A DNA stretch of 61,866 nucleotides, filler included, from Choristocarpus tenellus KU-1152 (taxonomy: Eukaryota > Protista > Phaeophyceae): NCBI GenBank assembly GCA_964200185.2. It is 10 parts of 10 records of this genome, joined end to end, with 100 filler letters (N's around TTAATTAATTAA, not from the genome) between each part and the next. Parts side by side here need not be neighbours in the genome. Positions count along the whole stretch, not along the records: positions 6,088 to 13,955 come from CAXNAD020005467.1; positions 14,056 to 17,426 come from CAXNAD020020481.1; positions 17,527 to 35,147 come from CAXNAD020000650.1; 7 more parts are not named here. One strand, given 5' to 3'. A program made the translations under genes and the position numbers. Shown here piece after piece: positions 12,355-26,732 of the stretch (position 1 is its first letter; every line of letters begins with the position of its first letter). Under the pieces are notes generated by a model. That model worked only from the letters and a program-made list of their open reading frames with translations, was not told the origin of the DNA and did not search any database.

Positions 12355-13819
12355 TGTGACAGGCTGTGAAAGGGGCAGAGGGTCACCAGTCTCTTGGTTT
12401 TTTTATAGTGTTGCATAAGCTGGAGAGCTGCAACCCCACCTGGGAGGGCTCTTCTCTTTGTTGAATGTAATCACCCTTGTCACATTTTTTAAGTGCTGGG
12501 GGATGTTTGTTCCACTTTGTCTTCCAGTTTATCTTCTGCTCTATGGTTGTTCACTATGAATGAAGACAGCAGGGCTTAGGGCTCGGGGCTGAGAGAGGAG
12601 GACAGGATGTGAGGCCAAGAAAGGCCAAGGTAGTAGTGTGGGGAACCAATGAATTCTATCAAATAGAAGTGATGGTAGGGAGAAGTATTGAAGAGCGGGG
12701 GGTTCAGGTGAAGGCAAAGTCATGAAACTTGGATGCAAGTAGAATGTTATTAATTTTGAACGTGATGTCTGATAGACTGTGGTGCTTTATGCGAGTGTGT
12801 GCAATGCAGTCCAGGTGGGACCAGGTAATTCCTACTCCACAAGAAGATCGGAACAAGGATGGCATGTATCAACCATGTTTTTATGTACAATTGCCGGACG
12901 ATCAAAAGTGCTACACCATCAATACTTGATCATTCTTATCGTAAGATAGTGGATACGATTTATGTTTACTGACCCTCCTTTTCTTGATTGCTGCTTTTCA
13001 TATTCATTGCAGTTTGATTGTTGTGCTTTTTTCTCACCAAATGGCCCTACTCTCAGTATCTTAACTCATCCCCCCATCTCTCCTGGCCCCTCTTCCTGAG
13101 TCCCTCCTACCCTCCAAGTTGGATATGTGCCATGTGATGTTGACTGTGGGTGGAGAGAACCACCGGTGCATGTTAGATTCACTTGTTCAAAGAAGCACAG
13201 CCCCTCTTGACTAAACCTAATTGAGTCAAAAGTAAGCGAGAGGTATCCAGAGTTGCATTTTAAGGATGCCTGCAAAAATGTGCTAACTCGGTCTTTTGAC
13301 TAATAAATGGAGTATATTTTCCGAACTATGTCGAAAAGTTTCAAACAAACGAGAAATCAACCCTCACAAGTGAACTTAACACTTCACCCAAAGAAATGCG
13401 GTTGCATCGCGAAAGACTGAAAATATGGCTTATAATGCTAAACAGTCAAGAACTGGGTACCTCTCGTGTAGTTTGATCTTTTATACTTGGACTCTATTAT
13501 TCTCCGAAGTTTCTCAGGTGCCTCTTCCAATAATACTACACACTACTATCCATACATGGTTAAAAACAATAACAAGATCAGTCTCTTGCTGGCGGTAGAA
13601 CTGTGTGTTGAATGCCATTTCACACCACAGTGACAACATCGTACCTAATTTTACACTTAGAAGCATACATCAGTCCCCTTACTATACATCATCAACAAAC
13701 CAACATCACCACTACTAGTGCGACTGCTACTATTTGTTTTGCTATTGTAATCACGATGAGTAGGTGACAACGCTGATCATGTGCGGCAAGAGGGAGGCAA
13801 TAGCCAACATTCACATAAT

Positions 13820-13955
13820 GAGTGAAAGTATCTTAGAGGGTACGAGTTTTTCCCTGTTTGTCCTTTTAGGGCTTGGCTTCCCACGTTTTTTTAGTGATAT
13901 TTTCCTAATCCGAAATGTTTAGGAGTAGATAAAATGTGTACGTTATGAAAAGGTG
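13820..13955 (+). mobile_element. MITE family A copy, truncated by contig end
   Basis: Begins GAGTGAAAGTATCTTAGAGGGTACGAG; colinear with the copies at 47708 and 59752. Confidence 0.85.
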
Positions 13956-16202
13956 NNNNNNNNNNNNNNNNNNNNNNNNNNNNNNNNNNNNNNNNNNNNT
14001 TAATTAATTAANNNNNNNNNNNNNNNNNNNNNNNNNNNNNNNNNNNNNNNNNNNNGCGCCTGTGGCTGCACGGAATCATGACTGTCGAAAACGGCACTTA
14101 AGGAGGGGGGCCAAGTTTTGGCATCGATGGGATTTGAACCTGCGAATTTCATGCAGTGAACAGTTTTTTTTCCATAATAGTTGCTGAGCCATGAGAGTGA
14201 TAGTGTGTGTGGGGGTAGCAGAGATCTTTTGCATCCTTGTGGCCATCTCTCTCTCTCTCAAGAGAGAGAGAGACGGTTTGAGCATCCAAGGATCTTAACA
14301 TTTGTACAGTTCAGTGCTCATTCCAGTAAAGAAGAACCTGACGTGTTCAACAGAGTGTTCAGCTTGCGTGCCATGATGTGCCCACCCTGTCGGGTTAGGA
14401 GGCGTCTGTGCTATGGTGCATTCGCACAGTGGTTGGGAGTTGCTGCTTATTTTCTTTAATTTCATGTTGCTTTTTTCCTGAAATGTTTTTGAGTTTTTTG
14501 TTCAATATAAGAAAAAGAGAGGAAAAAGATATCTATTTCTTGGAATGAAATTTGTCTGTTTTTTTTTTCCCCTGTTTAGCGCACGCCTGCTTGAAAGCTT
14601 TGTGTAGAACTAATTTTAAATGGTTTGTCGTTCTACCCCGACTCTTGAAGTGGTTTGTTGTGATTGGTGGAGATGTCTCCCAAGGGAACGTCGCCTTCCT
14701 TGCCCCCTATGAAAGGCCTTGATTTATGAACCACACTTTTGCCAGTTCATCCAATTCTGATCTCTTTTGAGACCTCCCTGCTGTGAATCTTGATGATCGT
14801 TTTTTTTTTCTGTTACTTCAAAGTAAATCGAGTTGAATGGAGCGTGAGAAAGAGCTACTCATCAATTAAAAAACAACAATATTTTACTGTGCCCCCCACC
14901 ACCGCAATGTCTCTGTAGCACCTCTTGTTTCAATGTTTACACAAAAGAGTGCTTCAGACTTTTCAGCACTGTCTGGTCATAGAGTGTCACACTACTGTTC
15001 CAGAGCGTTCTAACTTCTCGTGATCAGCCCCAAGGTCCTGTAGAATCGTTTTCATACCTTGCTTTCAGGGTACTCCAGAGTGCTCTAGAGCTTCCCATAG
15101 CATTCCCAGGTGGACTCCGGGGCCGTCAGCTTTGATAGGAAGTAAAAATGGTTGTAGGAAACTCTTTGAGTCCTGTGGGGAGACTGTCTCAAGAAAAGAT
15201 TTTTTATTTTTTATTGTTTGTGATGGATAGATCTGATGGAAAACTATGAATACATCCGCAGGCTGAAAATTTCAGGTAGAATGAGACCTCTTGCTCATAA
15301 TCTTTGTAGATCGTGTCACCTCCACTTACCTTACCTTACGGGAACGCTTGTCCGTGTCAGTGGTGTTTATGTTTATATTCATATGATATATATATGTGTG
15401 TGTGCAATTCATAGGACAGAATCTGCATGCAACAGCATCAGCGTATCGGGAAGGCGTGGCCCTTTTCTTTTGGTTAAGACTTCTGCACAATCCAACCCCC
15501 CCCCCCCCCGCAACTAAACTTGAAAAAAAAAAAAAATATNNNNNNNNNNAAACCCTCAGCACCACCATTCGCCGTTTTGGGAAGGGCGGGCCCTTTTTTT
15601 TTGGTTAAAACCTTTGCAAAAACCCCCCCCCCCCCCCCCCCCCGATCGTGACGTTGAAGTAAAAACATACTCTTTTATAATTGTAGAGTGGTTGGAAGGG
15701 ATGGTATCCTCCTCCGAGGATCTCTCGATGGGGACGACGCCTTCCTGAAAGGTGTGTGAGCAGAACGGTCCGATGGAGGATTGATGTGGGTAGCTTTTGA
15801 AAGGCTGTTTTCGGAACCGGTCTTAGGTTTAGGGTTAGGGTTAGTTTGATGGCGGTTTGGTTCTTGACGCCTACGACGCTTCAGCACAACACCCAATGCC
15901 GGTATCGCTCAGACTCAACACACCTAGGCGTGCGTCTTAAAAAAAATAAATTACATGGTGTCTTCAAATGCCTTTTTTTTTGTTATGTGTGTGTATGCGT
16001 GTGTTGTGTGTTGTGTTGTGTGTGTGTGTGTGTGTGTGTTTTGCACCATGCTTTGTCTGTCTCGTCTTCCCACTCTGGTGTGTTGAATTGTTGAGCCCTT
16101 CCATGCTGTTTCCAACTCCTCATTGCTTTATGAAACACGCTCGTGTCACTGCCCCCTTTCCCCCCCTGGGCCGGCTCCGTGGCGGTTCTGACCTCTCACA
16201 AG

Positions 16203-16402
16203 GCGCTGATGTGTCAACGCCTGATGGTGCTGGAAACACCCCGCTCCACTATGCCGCTAAGAACGGCCACACGGAGTTGGTGAAGTGGCTGGCGGGGGGG
16301 CAGGGAGTAGTGGTAGAGCGGAGGAATGCTTCGGGACAGACGGCCTATGCGGTAGCCTCGAGTCATGATATTCGACAGTTCCTGCTCCCATTGCAACTCA
16401 AG
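16203..16402 (+). CDS. Internal exon of an ankyrin-repeat protein
   Basis: ctctcacaag|...|gtgagt boundaries. Encodes (G)ADVSTPDGAGNTPLHYAAKNGHTELVKWLAGGQGVVVERRNASGQTAYAVA...LQLK, matching the ankyrin consensus TPLHxAxxxGH. Confidence 0.88.
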
Positions 16403-16736
16403 GTGAGTGGTCCCTTTGCCTTGCCACAGGGAGAGGGGGGGGGGGGGGGGGGGGTGGGGGGGGGGGGGGGTTGTTGCTTGTTTTTTTTGTTTTTTTGTGT
16501 TTGTTCTCTCCCCCTGGGCCAGGTAATGTGGTTGTGCTCTGGCGCTTGGGAGGGGGGGGGGGGGGGGGGGGGGGATGTGTGTGTGTGTGTGTGTGTTCAT
16601 CGTTTTTGTTTTTTTGTTTTGTGTTGATTTTTTTAAGATGATGTTTTGGTGATTAGGTAAGCAGGAAGAGGGTTTAGGGTTAGGGTGGTTTGAGATAGGG
16701 GCTGTCGGGTGGGGCTGGGAGGGGGGGAGGGGACCT

Positions 16737-16739
16737 TGG

Positions 16740-16772
<33 letters not shown>
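16737..16772. repeat. (GATT)n microsatellite
   Basis: About 8 tandem GATT units. Confidence 0.9.
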
Positions 16773-17366
16773 CAGTACGTTTGTGTGTGTGCTTGTTGCT
16801 ATGGAGCATCTTTGAATGTGCTCTGGGCTGTTGTGAGGCTGTACGTTTGTCTCTTTGCGCCATAGTGTTAGACCTTGAAGATTGATTGATTGACCTCCAA
16901 GTAATTTTGTGCGTGAGGTCAAAGGGTACCTTGTCAATGTGCAGGATTAGTACGCTGATTCACTCCCTTTTTGATCTACTGGGCAAGCACCCCCCATAAT
17001 GTTCACCCACAACAGGACTCCATCACCATGCCCACAGACATTATTGCAGGACTTTTCATTACTTTGACCAGTTATCTTGGCTGGGGGGTCTGGGTCGTTG
17101 ACTGCGGGCAAGCCCATGGCCTGGTCATGTTGAAACGGTTGGTGACCATGGACCTACTCTATTATAACGTATTGATACTGGGCCAGCCTGCAGCCTGACC
17201 AGTGCTTAAGTAGTTGGCCGCCCTGAATGAGAAACATATTTGAATTGGACCTATGTGGTCGAAACGGGTCGACCCCTGATTTGTCCCAAATATGTATGGG
17301 AGTATGATTGTTTTTGTGTTGCAGAGCGGAGCAGAGCCTTTTAATTCTTGCATTGGATAACCTTTT

Positions 17367-17409
<43 letters not shown>

Positions 17410-17526
17410 GTGTTTTTTTTTTTTTTNNNNNNNNNNNNNNNNNNNNNNNNNNNNNNNNNNNNNNNNNNNNTTAATTAATTAANNNNNNNNNNNNNNNNNN
17501 NNNNNNNNNNNNNNNNNNNNNNNNNN

Positions 17527-20065
17527 CATGGTGAGAACGGGAATAGATCGCTGCAGGTTGGTGAAGGGTCGAGGGGGCAGGGGCTACAGGAGGGGGTTGT
17601 GGACGAGGGGTAGAGATGAGGTGAGGGGGGAATATTGAGTGCTGGGAGTGGGGATCATTGCCGCCACCCAGGTCACACAAATCCACAGAGGAACAAACAA
17701 ACAAATACACTTACTTTGAGAACCAGAAGCATCAGAATTAGAGCTGAACCTCGACCATACCCTGCCCAGCAAGAAGCCCCGCATTACAAGCAACAGAGCT
17801 GCCGAGAACACCGGTGTTGTTGGATGGAGATGTTCAACCCAGCAAGGTAAACCAAAGGCAAGACGAATTAGTGCAAACAGTTGCGTTTGTTCAAAGAGCA
17901 ATCACACCGCCAAATAAGCCATTCACAAGAAAAAAAAGAAGAAAGGTGAACAAAATAAGGTGCCCAATGTGGTATACATACTTTGAATGCACGCAAGTGC
18001 ACCAGCTCCAGGTATGCGGCAAAAAAAGCCACTCTGTTTGCTACTTCAGAGGAGGCAGCAATATACTCCAGGGAAGAGTGAATCATTCCTGCAACAATTT
18101 GCACAGTCCAAACCTACCACCTTCTAACAACCGGGGAGAGTGCTGTAAAAAATACACATTGTTTCTAGGCTGCTCAGCAGATGCAAAACTATTTTTTTGT
18201 GTGTCACCCCCTTTCGATCGGTTAAGGCTTTGAAGATACATCTCAGCACAAGTCAACATTAGAAACATAGTAGGTGGGGCTGTTCTGGGTAATATAATTG
18301 GCTGAATAGTCTGAAAGGGACAAGGATGACACACAGCAAGTCAGCAGAGAGGGCCTCTGATCACTCCAATTACTGCTCGCAAAAATGATCAAGAGGGCAC
18401 ACAGGAGAATGAAGGTCAAAATACTAGATCAAAATACTCGACTACAAAGCCTCACTCTCACTCCAGCTAAAGTTGAGAACTTTGCTGTTGCAGGCAATGA
18501 ACCAAATCTATCCCAGCAATAGCTCTAGCCATGTAGCAAAGATAAATGACATGCTAAACTGCAACGATTTCCACGAAATGATGAGAACAGAGCAATTCAC
18601 ACCAACAAAAAAAAATAGTACAAAATCCTTCAAATTTCAGTGCGTTGCGCAAGAATATCCACTCAACCAAAATTCACCCAACTTTGCACACGGACAAACA
18701 AACCAAGGTGAGTTATGGAGGAAACCCTCTGTTTTTTCACCCTCTTTAAGCACTCCACATTATGCGAGGTGCTAAACAATCTACTCATTGACTGAGTACA
18801 CTTAATATAACCTGTCACCTTGTACTACTGTACTCCCAGAGTAAGCGCTTGTAAATTGGGATTTACTACTACTCCACCAATCCCTTTACGTTTCTCTTGT
18901 AAATTTTAAGACCAGCATTTCTCTTGTGCTATAACAACGGGTAGGTGTGAGACCTTGGACAAGGGGGGGTAAGAGGGAGGACCAGTAGATGAACCACAAT
19001 AATGGGCAGAGATTCCAATTTGCAAAATTGGGACTAAGGTAACAGAAACATAACTTGAGTCTGCCGTACCTATCCGCAATTCCAAACTATGCCGCCACTC
19101 CGGTTGTGGACATCCATCACTAAATCCAAAACTATACCTGGTATAACCAGAGCATACGCGAAGAGCTGAAGCGTAGTGACCGCTTCTCCCGGACCTGATC
19201 CATCTGGGTCAAACAGCTCCACACAGCACACTGTGGATTCCAGTGTTGTACACTGACGAAGGGTTGTTGCTGTGCAGCGCGCTCCCCCCAAGTAGATAGG
19301 ATAGCTAAGTTCTGAGTTGTTCCCAGCGACCTGAGCAGCAGGGCCAGTAAATGGAGGAGGGGAAAAAAAACTATTTGGGACGATGGCAATGATACAGGTT
19401 GAGAACTGATGCACACGGTGCAGGATGTTGAGGGCATGAGAACGTAGTTTAGATTGCTACTGCTTCTCGTTTCTAGAGAGGTAACAAGAGGGTCCACGGG
19501 AAATTATTTCCCCGTGCTGGGTGGGGCATCATACATACCCTTGATCAACAAGGATGGTTGAGGTAAATTCGTGTAGGGAGTTTATGGTACTGCCGACATC
19601 ATACACGGGTCATATAATGCCAACTAAGAGGCGCCATAGAGCCTAGAGAAGGAATCAGATGAGTATTCCATACCGGAGTCGCATACGCAAAACAAGAAAA
19701 GGAGCACCTCAGTCACAATGTCAAAATTCAAGTATTGATAGTATAGATACAACCCTGGTCCTGCCTAACCAAGAAAATATCATCTTGACCACCAAAAACT
19801 TTGTCAATTTTTCCGGCTAATTTTAGCTACTATGTAGCTAACGGGAAGAAGTGAAGGAGACTGAGGAGTTACCCGCTCACCGAAAGGTCCTGAGCATACA
19901 CTTGAGGAACTTCGAAATTGTTGACTATTGCATATTCCTGGATCAGTGCTGAGAGGATCGCCTCGAACACGATCACCCCAAACACAACCAGACGAGCCCA
20001 TAGCATGTCATAGCCACTGTTAGTTGAGCTCTTCATACTCGCTAACAAAGGGGCCACCATGGTGA
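17527..20065 (-). CDS. Possible multi-exon membrane-protein gene of unknown family, 3'-partial
   Basis: Exon-like 20065-19881 (MVAPLLASMKSSTNSGYDMLWARLVVFGVIVFEAILSALIQEY...QDLS|gtgagc) has a TM-like segment. Further exon-like pieces lie near 19330-19195, 18040-17980 and 17583-17527. Phases are not reconciled. Confidence 0.33.
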
Positions 20066-22345
20066 CTTTGCAGAAGACACATGAAAGTGGAAAGGTTGGG
20101 TGGAGAAACGATTATCGGAAAATCAATTGTTAAACTGGTTGAACGAGGAGTCGTGGACAATATAATGCTTGGATGAGTCCACCGTTCGCTCTCTCTATTA
20201 CGTGTGGTGGAGGCATAGGGTGACTCTATCCCAGAAGACTGGAAAATTATAGAGGGAGAGATATTGACTTCCCTAAAATGCACAACAGTCCACAAAACAA
20301 CCACTTGATCCATTCCAAATTATAACATTAGCATATCCCTGTTGGTGCAAGGTTCAACTGCGTGTGAGTATTTCACCTTTAGTCTGTCCAACGTTGTAGG
20401 GCGTTCCCCAACAAGGGTTTAGCAAGGCTGCAACACTAGACTTTCACGAAACGGTGATCAATAAGTATGTCATGATGAACCGTTGAGGTGGATGGATGAA
20501 GACACCATAGATAAGAGATAAGTAGATCCCCGAAATCTTAAATCCAGTACTACTTGTGAAAACCAGTGAAAAAAATATTTAGACTCTTTTTCGGGATGTA
20601 ATTTGTATTTCTAACTGCTATCCAGTAGAACTGTGTCATTTGGGTTTTATGTAGTACTACATCAACTATATAATACTATATGTTAACAGTACTATTATGT
20701 ACATACTGTAACGTATATAAAAGGTAAATTGTGCTTTGAAGAAATTATTGATAGAAAAAATTATTAAGGACATATTATTATATACTGATGACAAATAAGT
20801 ATATCAAAATACTGTTGACAGTATTTATAATATTATACCATTTAATATTGACAATTGACAGTATTGTCAAACGAAAGAAATAACGGATAAAATATATTTG
20901 TCTAAAAAACTTTCGACAATTATTTAGAACATCTTACGTTACACAGTACTTATATTTTTTTCTTAGTTCGAAGAAGTGAACAACATTGCTTTTGTAGGCG
21001 TAACAATCTACATCGAACATCATTTAAAACACAATGATTTTTTACCGAGTGTCCGAGATTGTCACGCATGCTAACAAACCTCAAAGAATGGTCTCAGACC
21101 GATATATATATATATTATATATATATATATCTTCTGAGACATTAGTAGGAATGGACAGCGTGCACACTAGGAAAAAAAGTTCCAAAATAATAATAAGTAA
21201 TGAAGCCATGAAGCCGTACTGTAGACACAGGTTCCAACATGTTGAACCAATAGTCTTGTGTGCCTATCAGATTGCATCAACTATGGAATGAAAGGTATCT
21301 CCGTTTCGAAGAGTTCAAGGGTTGTGCTTAACAGATTGCTGATATATTGACAGATCTGTAGTATTACTCCACGCCCGTAAAGATCACAGGAACAAATTAT
21401 AAAGATGCTTATTGATACAACAGACCTTCACTTCTACACCTCAGGGAGAACAAATAATCCTAATTCTAGGGAAAGAATCTACCAGTTGTTGCGGGTATGA
21501 CTACATTTAACTAGTCTTCTGGTGGCAACTGCCTGGCTAGCATCCACCTTAATCCGAATGCTACAGAGGAAATAAGCACCTGCACATTGTCTGGATCTAG
21601 TCTATTCCTTTTTGGTCTTGGTAATTTTCCCAGGTGACAAGAGCATTCGCATCAAATCAGCCTGACAAGCAGGAGTGACCAAAACACATCTTGCTACCTT
21701 GACCAAGCGTGGAAAGACGAATGAAGCCCTTTCTCGTTACCACTGAGGCAGGTCATTGAAGACATGTGTCTTGCCATCCACTGTTACAGGCAATATGTCT
21801 TGATGGCGGTTCCATAGACACCATTATGACCTTTGAAGTCCTAGATCTTATATGTTTATACTTCTTGACTATCTATTTATTGTTTGGTCATCATGATGCT
21901 CGATAGAGATAAGACATCGTTGAGCAGTTCCTTTTATACCATGATATTGATATTTTGAAGGGAATATTCCAAGTGAGAGATCTAGCATACTTGACGACTT
22001 GTGCGTCAGGAGTCCTGTGCATGCACCAGCGCCCTCTGTAGGCTTGTGGACTGGAGCTATACATCCTGTAGAGGTAAGCTATGGAGCATGCTGTAACATG
22101 GAGGCCCTACCGAGACTTGCGTGTTGTAACACCACATCATCAGAGCATGGTTTCATCTATAAGGAGGAAATGCGTTCCTTCATCGACAATTGACAACTCT
22201 CAATCACCAACCACTGAACTCCGACCATTATTTTCAAGGCAGCCTTTTTTTAAGCCCTTTAGCCTCTCTTCCGTATGGGGCTGCAAGCTTTCCACATAAT
22301 ATCGGCAGTGTGGCCTTTGGATGTGCTGTGTTAGTTGTTCACATC

Positions 22346-22557
22346 GGGACATGTGTTGTAGTACATACTCAATATTGCTATTGGTATATATGACACCTAA
22401 CAAATGTCTTTGAAGCAATATAGTGTAACTAGAATGACTCATGAGAGATTGAAAGGAATATTAGAATATTGTGATGTTCGAGTAATGATCTAGGAAATAC
22501 ATTTTTTTATATCTTCAATTATTGCTTGCTAGGATGATAATGGAGGGTAGGACAACA
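22346..22557 (+). repeat. 5' LTR of the copia element
   Basis: gggacatgtgttgtagta...ctcaatattgctatt...gatgttcgagtaatg...gctaggatgataat...ggtaggacaaca; matches 26517-26732. Confidence 0.82.
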
Positions 22558-25500
22558 CCCCCCCTTATGGATAGGACTCTCACTCTTCGCTGGAACTTAA
22601 TAAAATACATTCTACATCACCATCTTCTTGGTGAAGCAGCACACTCATTGGTAGTGTGCGAACATGTTTTAAGATGAAGCCATCTTCCGTATAGTGCACT
22701 ACAGACCAGGAGTTACTGCATGAACTGCTTGATTTGAGGAAGCAGCAGAAGGAAGAATAAGGGACCAAAGCGTGGTGGCAGAACTCGAGGCAGCCATTGA
22801 ATCGAGAGAAGCTGAGAGGGTTGAGGCACAACTAGGGGAGCGTGTGACCTTTGCCGTAGGCAAGGCTGTGGAAGCTGCGTTGGCCCAGCAAGGAGGGCAG
22901 GCTGCGATAGGGCGGCCAATACAACAAGAGCAGCAGGTACAACAACAACCCCTGCAGAGGAGCAGGGATTCAATGTATAGATTGGAGATAACCGTGTGGA
23001 ACGGAGAGACCCAATGAATGGATAGCATGGAAAACTTGTTTAACACTTTTATAGCTGTGAGCAGGATATCTCGCACGTTCAGTGGGGAGCTGGACGATCT
23101 GAAGAAAGGAGAAAATTGAGGGAGCACAGATGATTGAGACACCTTTAACAGGGGGCGGATGACCCTTCTCAATGGGTGCAAGGCGGTGGCGTTGGAAATC
23201 GTGATGGAGCACAAGACACCAAGAAGCGCAATGGACACCTTGCACGACTACTTCGGATCGTGCACCTTGGATGAAAGACTCAGGGTTCGAGACACGAGTT
23301 CTAATAAAGTCGACTAGGACTAGGAGAGGAGCCCCAACCTGTACGCCAACTAGCCAAGCGATTAACCACAATGGGTCAGAGAATTTCCGACAAGGAATTG
23401 AATGTCACCATTTTGGGAGGATTACCTGAATAGTATGAGCTGGAACAGGGGCTTGAGAACAGGTTTCGCCAGCTGAAGAACGAGATAGCTATTCATCAGG
23501 GGAGAATGATGGCAGCCTTAACAGCCAGGAGGCAGAATGTAGCACCGCAGTCAGAGCGGATAAAATGCTACGCTTGTGGCAAGAACAGAGACTACAGCAA
23601 TAAATATCCCGCCAGTCACAAGGAATGAGACATCTGTGGGAAGAGGGGCATTTGGCAGCATCGTGCTGTGAACGACAAAGGGGTTCAGGAGATCGTGGTC
23701 CTACTGCTGATGGAGATGCTGGAAATGATGGGGATAATGACGGTACCAATGGAAGCAATAGCACTCAAGATCATGCCATGAGCGATACAAATGTTGGCAT
23801 AAGACATTAACGTAGGGAAGGAGTGTTTGTAGAGACCAACAAAACAACCTGCGACACAGGGAGACCAAAAGATGTTGAAAAACGGATTTTTGACACTGGA
23901 GCAAGCGGTCACATGGCCAATTCCTTTGCCTGTGTACGAGGTTAGTGGAAAATAGCAGTGGAGACAAGGTAGTCATTGGAGATAGACAGGAACGCAATGT
24001 TGCTGGATGGAGATGGTGCTAACATCAGTGGAAGAGGAAGTAGGGTACAGTATGACCAGAAGAAGTTTGTTGTAGTGCCCACACTAGTAGACAACCTATG
24101 TTCAATTCTAACCATCTGTGAGACATCAGGGCGACACAGTGTTCTCGAGTCTGATGCATTGACAATTGAGGGAAACAACGGCCTGGATGATATCGTGTGG
24201 TGAATGGCTTGTACACGGGCTACATGCACAGGGTTCTCCCCCGAGAAACCTCATCTGGATTAATGGTCACATCAAAGGTCCAGGTTGACATCAACGAATT
24301 TCACTGACGCCTTCGCCATCCTCATAAACAGGTGACACGCAAGACTGCAACAACCAACGGGGTTTACCTCATGGGAACTTGGGAACCGTGTGTTGGATGT
24401 TCACGGGTAAAGCTCACTGTGCTTCAGTGCCACGAAGCACAGAATCTCGGGCAACCAGGAAACTTGAGAAGATATGCACTGATTTGAGAGGACCTAGGCC
24501 GGTGTGTAGCTTTGGGGGATGCTATTATTCCATGATCTTTGTCGACAACTGCACCAAGATGAAATGGTACGATTCCTTGTCAAAAAGGATAGTGCGGCAG
24601 ATGCACTGTAGGATTTCATCTTGGACGTGGCCGCACCGAGAGGAATGCAGATTGGCTGTATTCGAGTTGGGACTGATAGTGAGACAGCTGCGCGCGGGGA
24701 GGACTCTAGTGAGTCTGGGCAGCAGGAGAAGGGTTCGCGCAATATCCCGCGAAGTTGAACGCTCCATGAGCTCACTGATTTTATCCCTACCCTAATTTCT
24801 AACCCATCTGAATCTACACGTTCGAGAAGGACTCAGCAGTGGGATGTCAGGAGAGGGAACCGAGACACGTCAGGGGAAGAACCTGCGGCTCATTTGGTGA
24901 AAGCCCTAGTTCTTCAAGAAGTGGTGCATGATGCTGCTAGAATGTCCATTTGCGTTTCCTGATGGAATGGCCAGCACCTTACCGCCTGAACTGCGATCCC
25001 ATAGGTAAGCTTTGCGGTCTCCAGAGGGACCATTTTGGCAGGACAATATGAAGACGGAGTTGGCAAAACTGGTGGAGACTAGGGTTTGGGATGAGGTGAA
25101 AAGGCCATCGGATCGTTGTGTGGTGCAAACCAAATGGGTGTTCAAGAGAAAGGTAAATTCGGAGGGAGAAGTGATTGGGTACAAAGCCCGCCTGGTAGTC
25201 ATGGGAAACAGACAGATTCCTGGACTGGACTACATCGAGAAATTTGCGCCAACTCCCTCGACAAGCACCTTATAGTTGGTGATGGAAATCGCTGTATTTA
25301 AGGATATGGAGCTACAACATGCTGATGTAGGACAGGCTTTTGTGCAAGTAGATATCAAGGAGGACATTTTCATCGAACTGCCAGAGAATGTGGTAGCAGC
25401 TCCAGGAATGGTAGGAAAGCCCAAGAGATCTTTGTATGGCTTAGTACAGGCATTGCGAAACTGGCATCTGAAGTTAGTTGGGACTCTCAAGGGGCTAGAT

Positions 25501-26516
25501 TTCAAGCAATGCTAGGCTTACCCCTGCTTGCTTTCGACTTGTGGAGAATGGGGTGATCGAAGTGCTGATAGCCACACATGTGGATGATCTGTTGATGGCT
25601 AGTCGCTTGCAGGAGAGGGGCAGGGCGGTGGTGGAAGCTATGAACAAGGAATTCCTTGTGTATAGGATTTGGGGGATGTAAAGCTGTATATGGGATGCCA
25701 TATTACACAGGATCATACGATGAGGACACTGAAGATCGATCATTGACAACTCCATACAGGGAAGTAGTGGTGTCATTATTCTGGTTAGTGGCAATGACCA
25801 GGCCTGATATGCCAACGGGGTATTAACTGTGGCGAGATTTACCGGTAACCCAGGGCATAGGCATTGGGGTACGTAGGTCATGCAAGGGAGATTGGCATCA
25901 CATACGATGGAGAGCTGGAAAAACGACTGGAGGCTTTTTGCTGATGCGGACTACGTATCTGATCTGCACCAACAGAGGTCTGTATCTGGGGGATTACTTA
26001 CCATTGGAAGTGTAGCATTGTTGTGGTACGGTAGGATGCACAAGGTAGTGGCTCTGTCTACAACAGAAGCTGAGTATGTGACTCTGAGTGCCACGGCTAA
26101 GGAATTGCTCTTCTTGAAATAGGTATAGGAGTTTGTAAACCTGGAGAGGACTACTAGGTGCCCCTTAATGTACAGGGACAATTAGGGTGCAGTGAAGCTG
26201 CCGGGAAACCAAATGAATGGGTTTAGGACAAAGCATGTAGATGCACGCCACCATTTCCTTATTATCAAATTGGTTAGGGACAAGAATTATAGCAGTTTTG
26301 CATGTGCGATCTGAGGAGCAACATGCAGATTTTCTCGCCAAGTCTCTCAATTATGATAATTTCAATTATCATGTGAGGGCTGTAATGAATTTCTGATTAT
26401 TTGATTTTTCAGGATGATGAGCATGAGGATTTGAATTGAGGCTAGGGTAAACCTAGGATCAATGTTGCGCTGCAATGGAACATTGTGAGTGCACAGTACG
26501 AGAGAATTTTCGTATA

Positions 26517-26732
26517 GGGACATGCGTTGTAGTAGTGTACACACTCAATATTGCTATTAGTATACATTACCTAACAAATGTCTTTTAAGCAATATAGTGA
26601 AATTAGAATGATTCATGAGTGATGGAAAGGGATATTAGAATATCGTGATGTTCGAGTAATGGTCTAGGAAATAGATTGTTTGATAACTTCTAATAATATT
26701 GTTTGCTAGGATGATAATAGCAGGTAGGACAA
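26517..26732 (+). repeat. 3' LTR of the copia element
   Basis: Colinear, diverged direct copy of 22346-22557. Confidence 0.82.

Larger units (their letters stand above)
22346..26732 (+). mobile_element. Decayed Ty1/copia LTR retrotransposon, ~4.4 kb, internally deleted
   Basis: Domains in copia order: gag-like region, zinc knuckle (HLWEEGHLAASC), protease (RIFDTGASGHM), truncated integrase (EKICTDLRGP...YYSMIFVDNCTKMKW), RT (TKWVFKRK...YKARLVVMGNRQIPGLDY; HADVGQAF; SLYGLVQA; HVDDLL) and RNase H (FADADY...RSVSG; VALSTTEAEY; RTKHVDARHHF). Flanked by diverged direct repeats. Confidence 0.93.

Noticed and set aside
15822-15847. TTAGGG tract as a real telomere
   Set aside because: Only 3-4 imperfect units, internal to a contig.
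15968-16627. 219-aa ORF as a complete Cys/Val/Gly-rich protein
   Set aside because: Only 16203-16402 is exon-like. The flanks are translations of intronic (GT)n, poly-G and poly-T.
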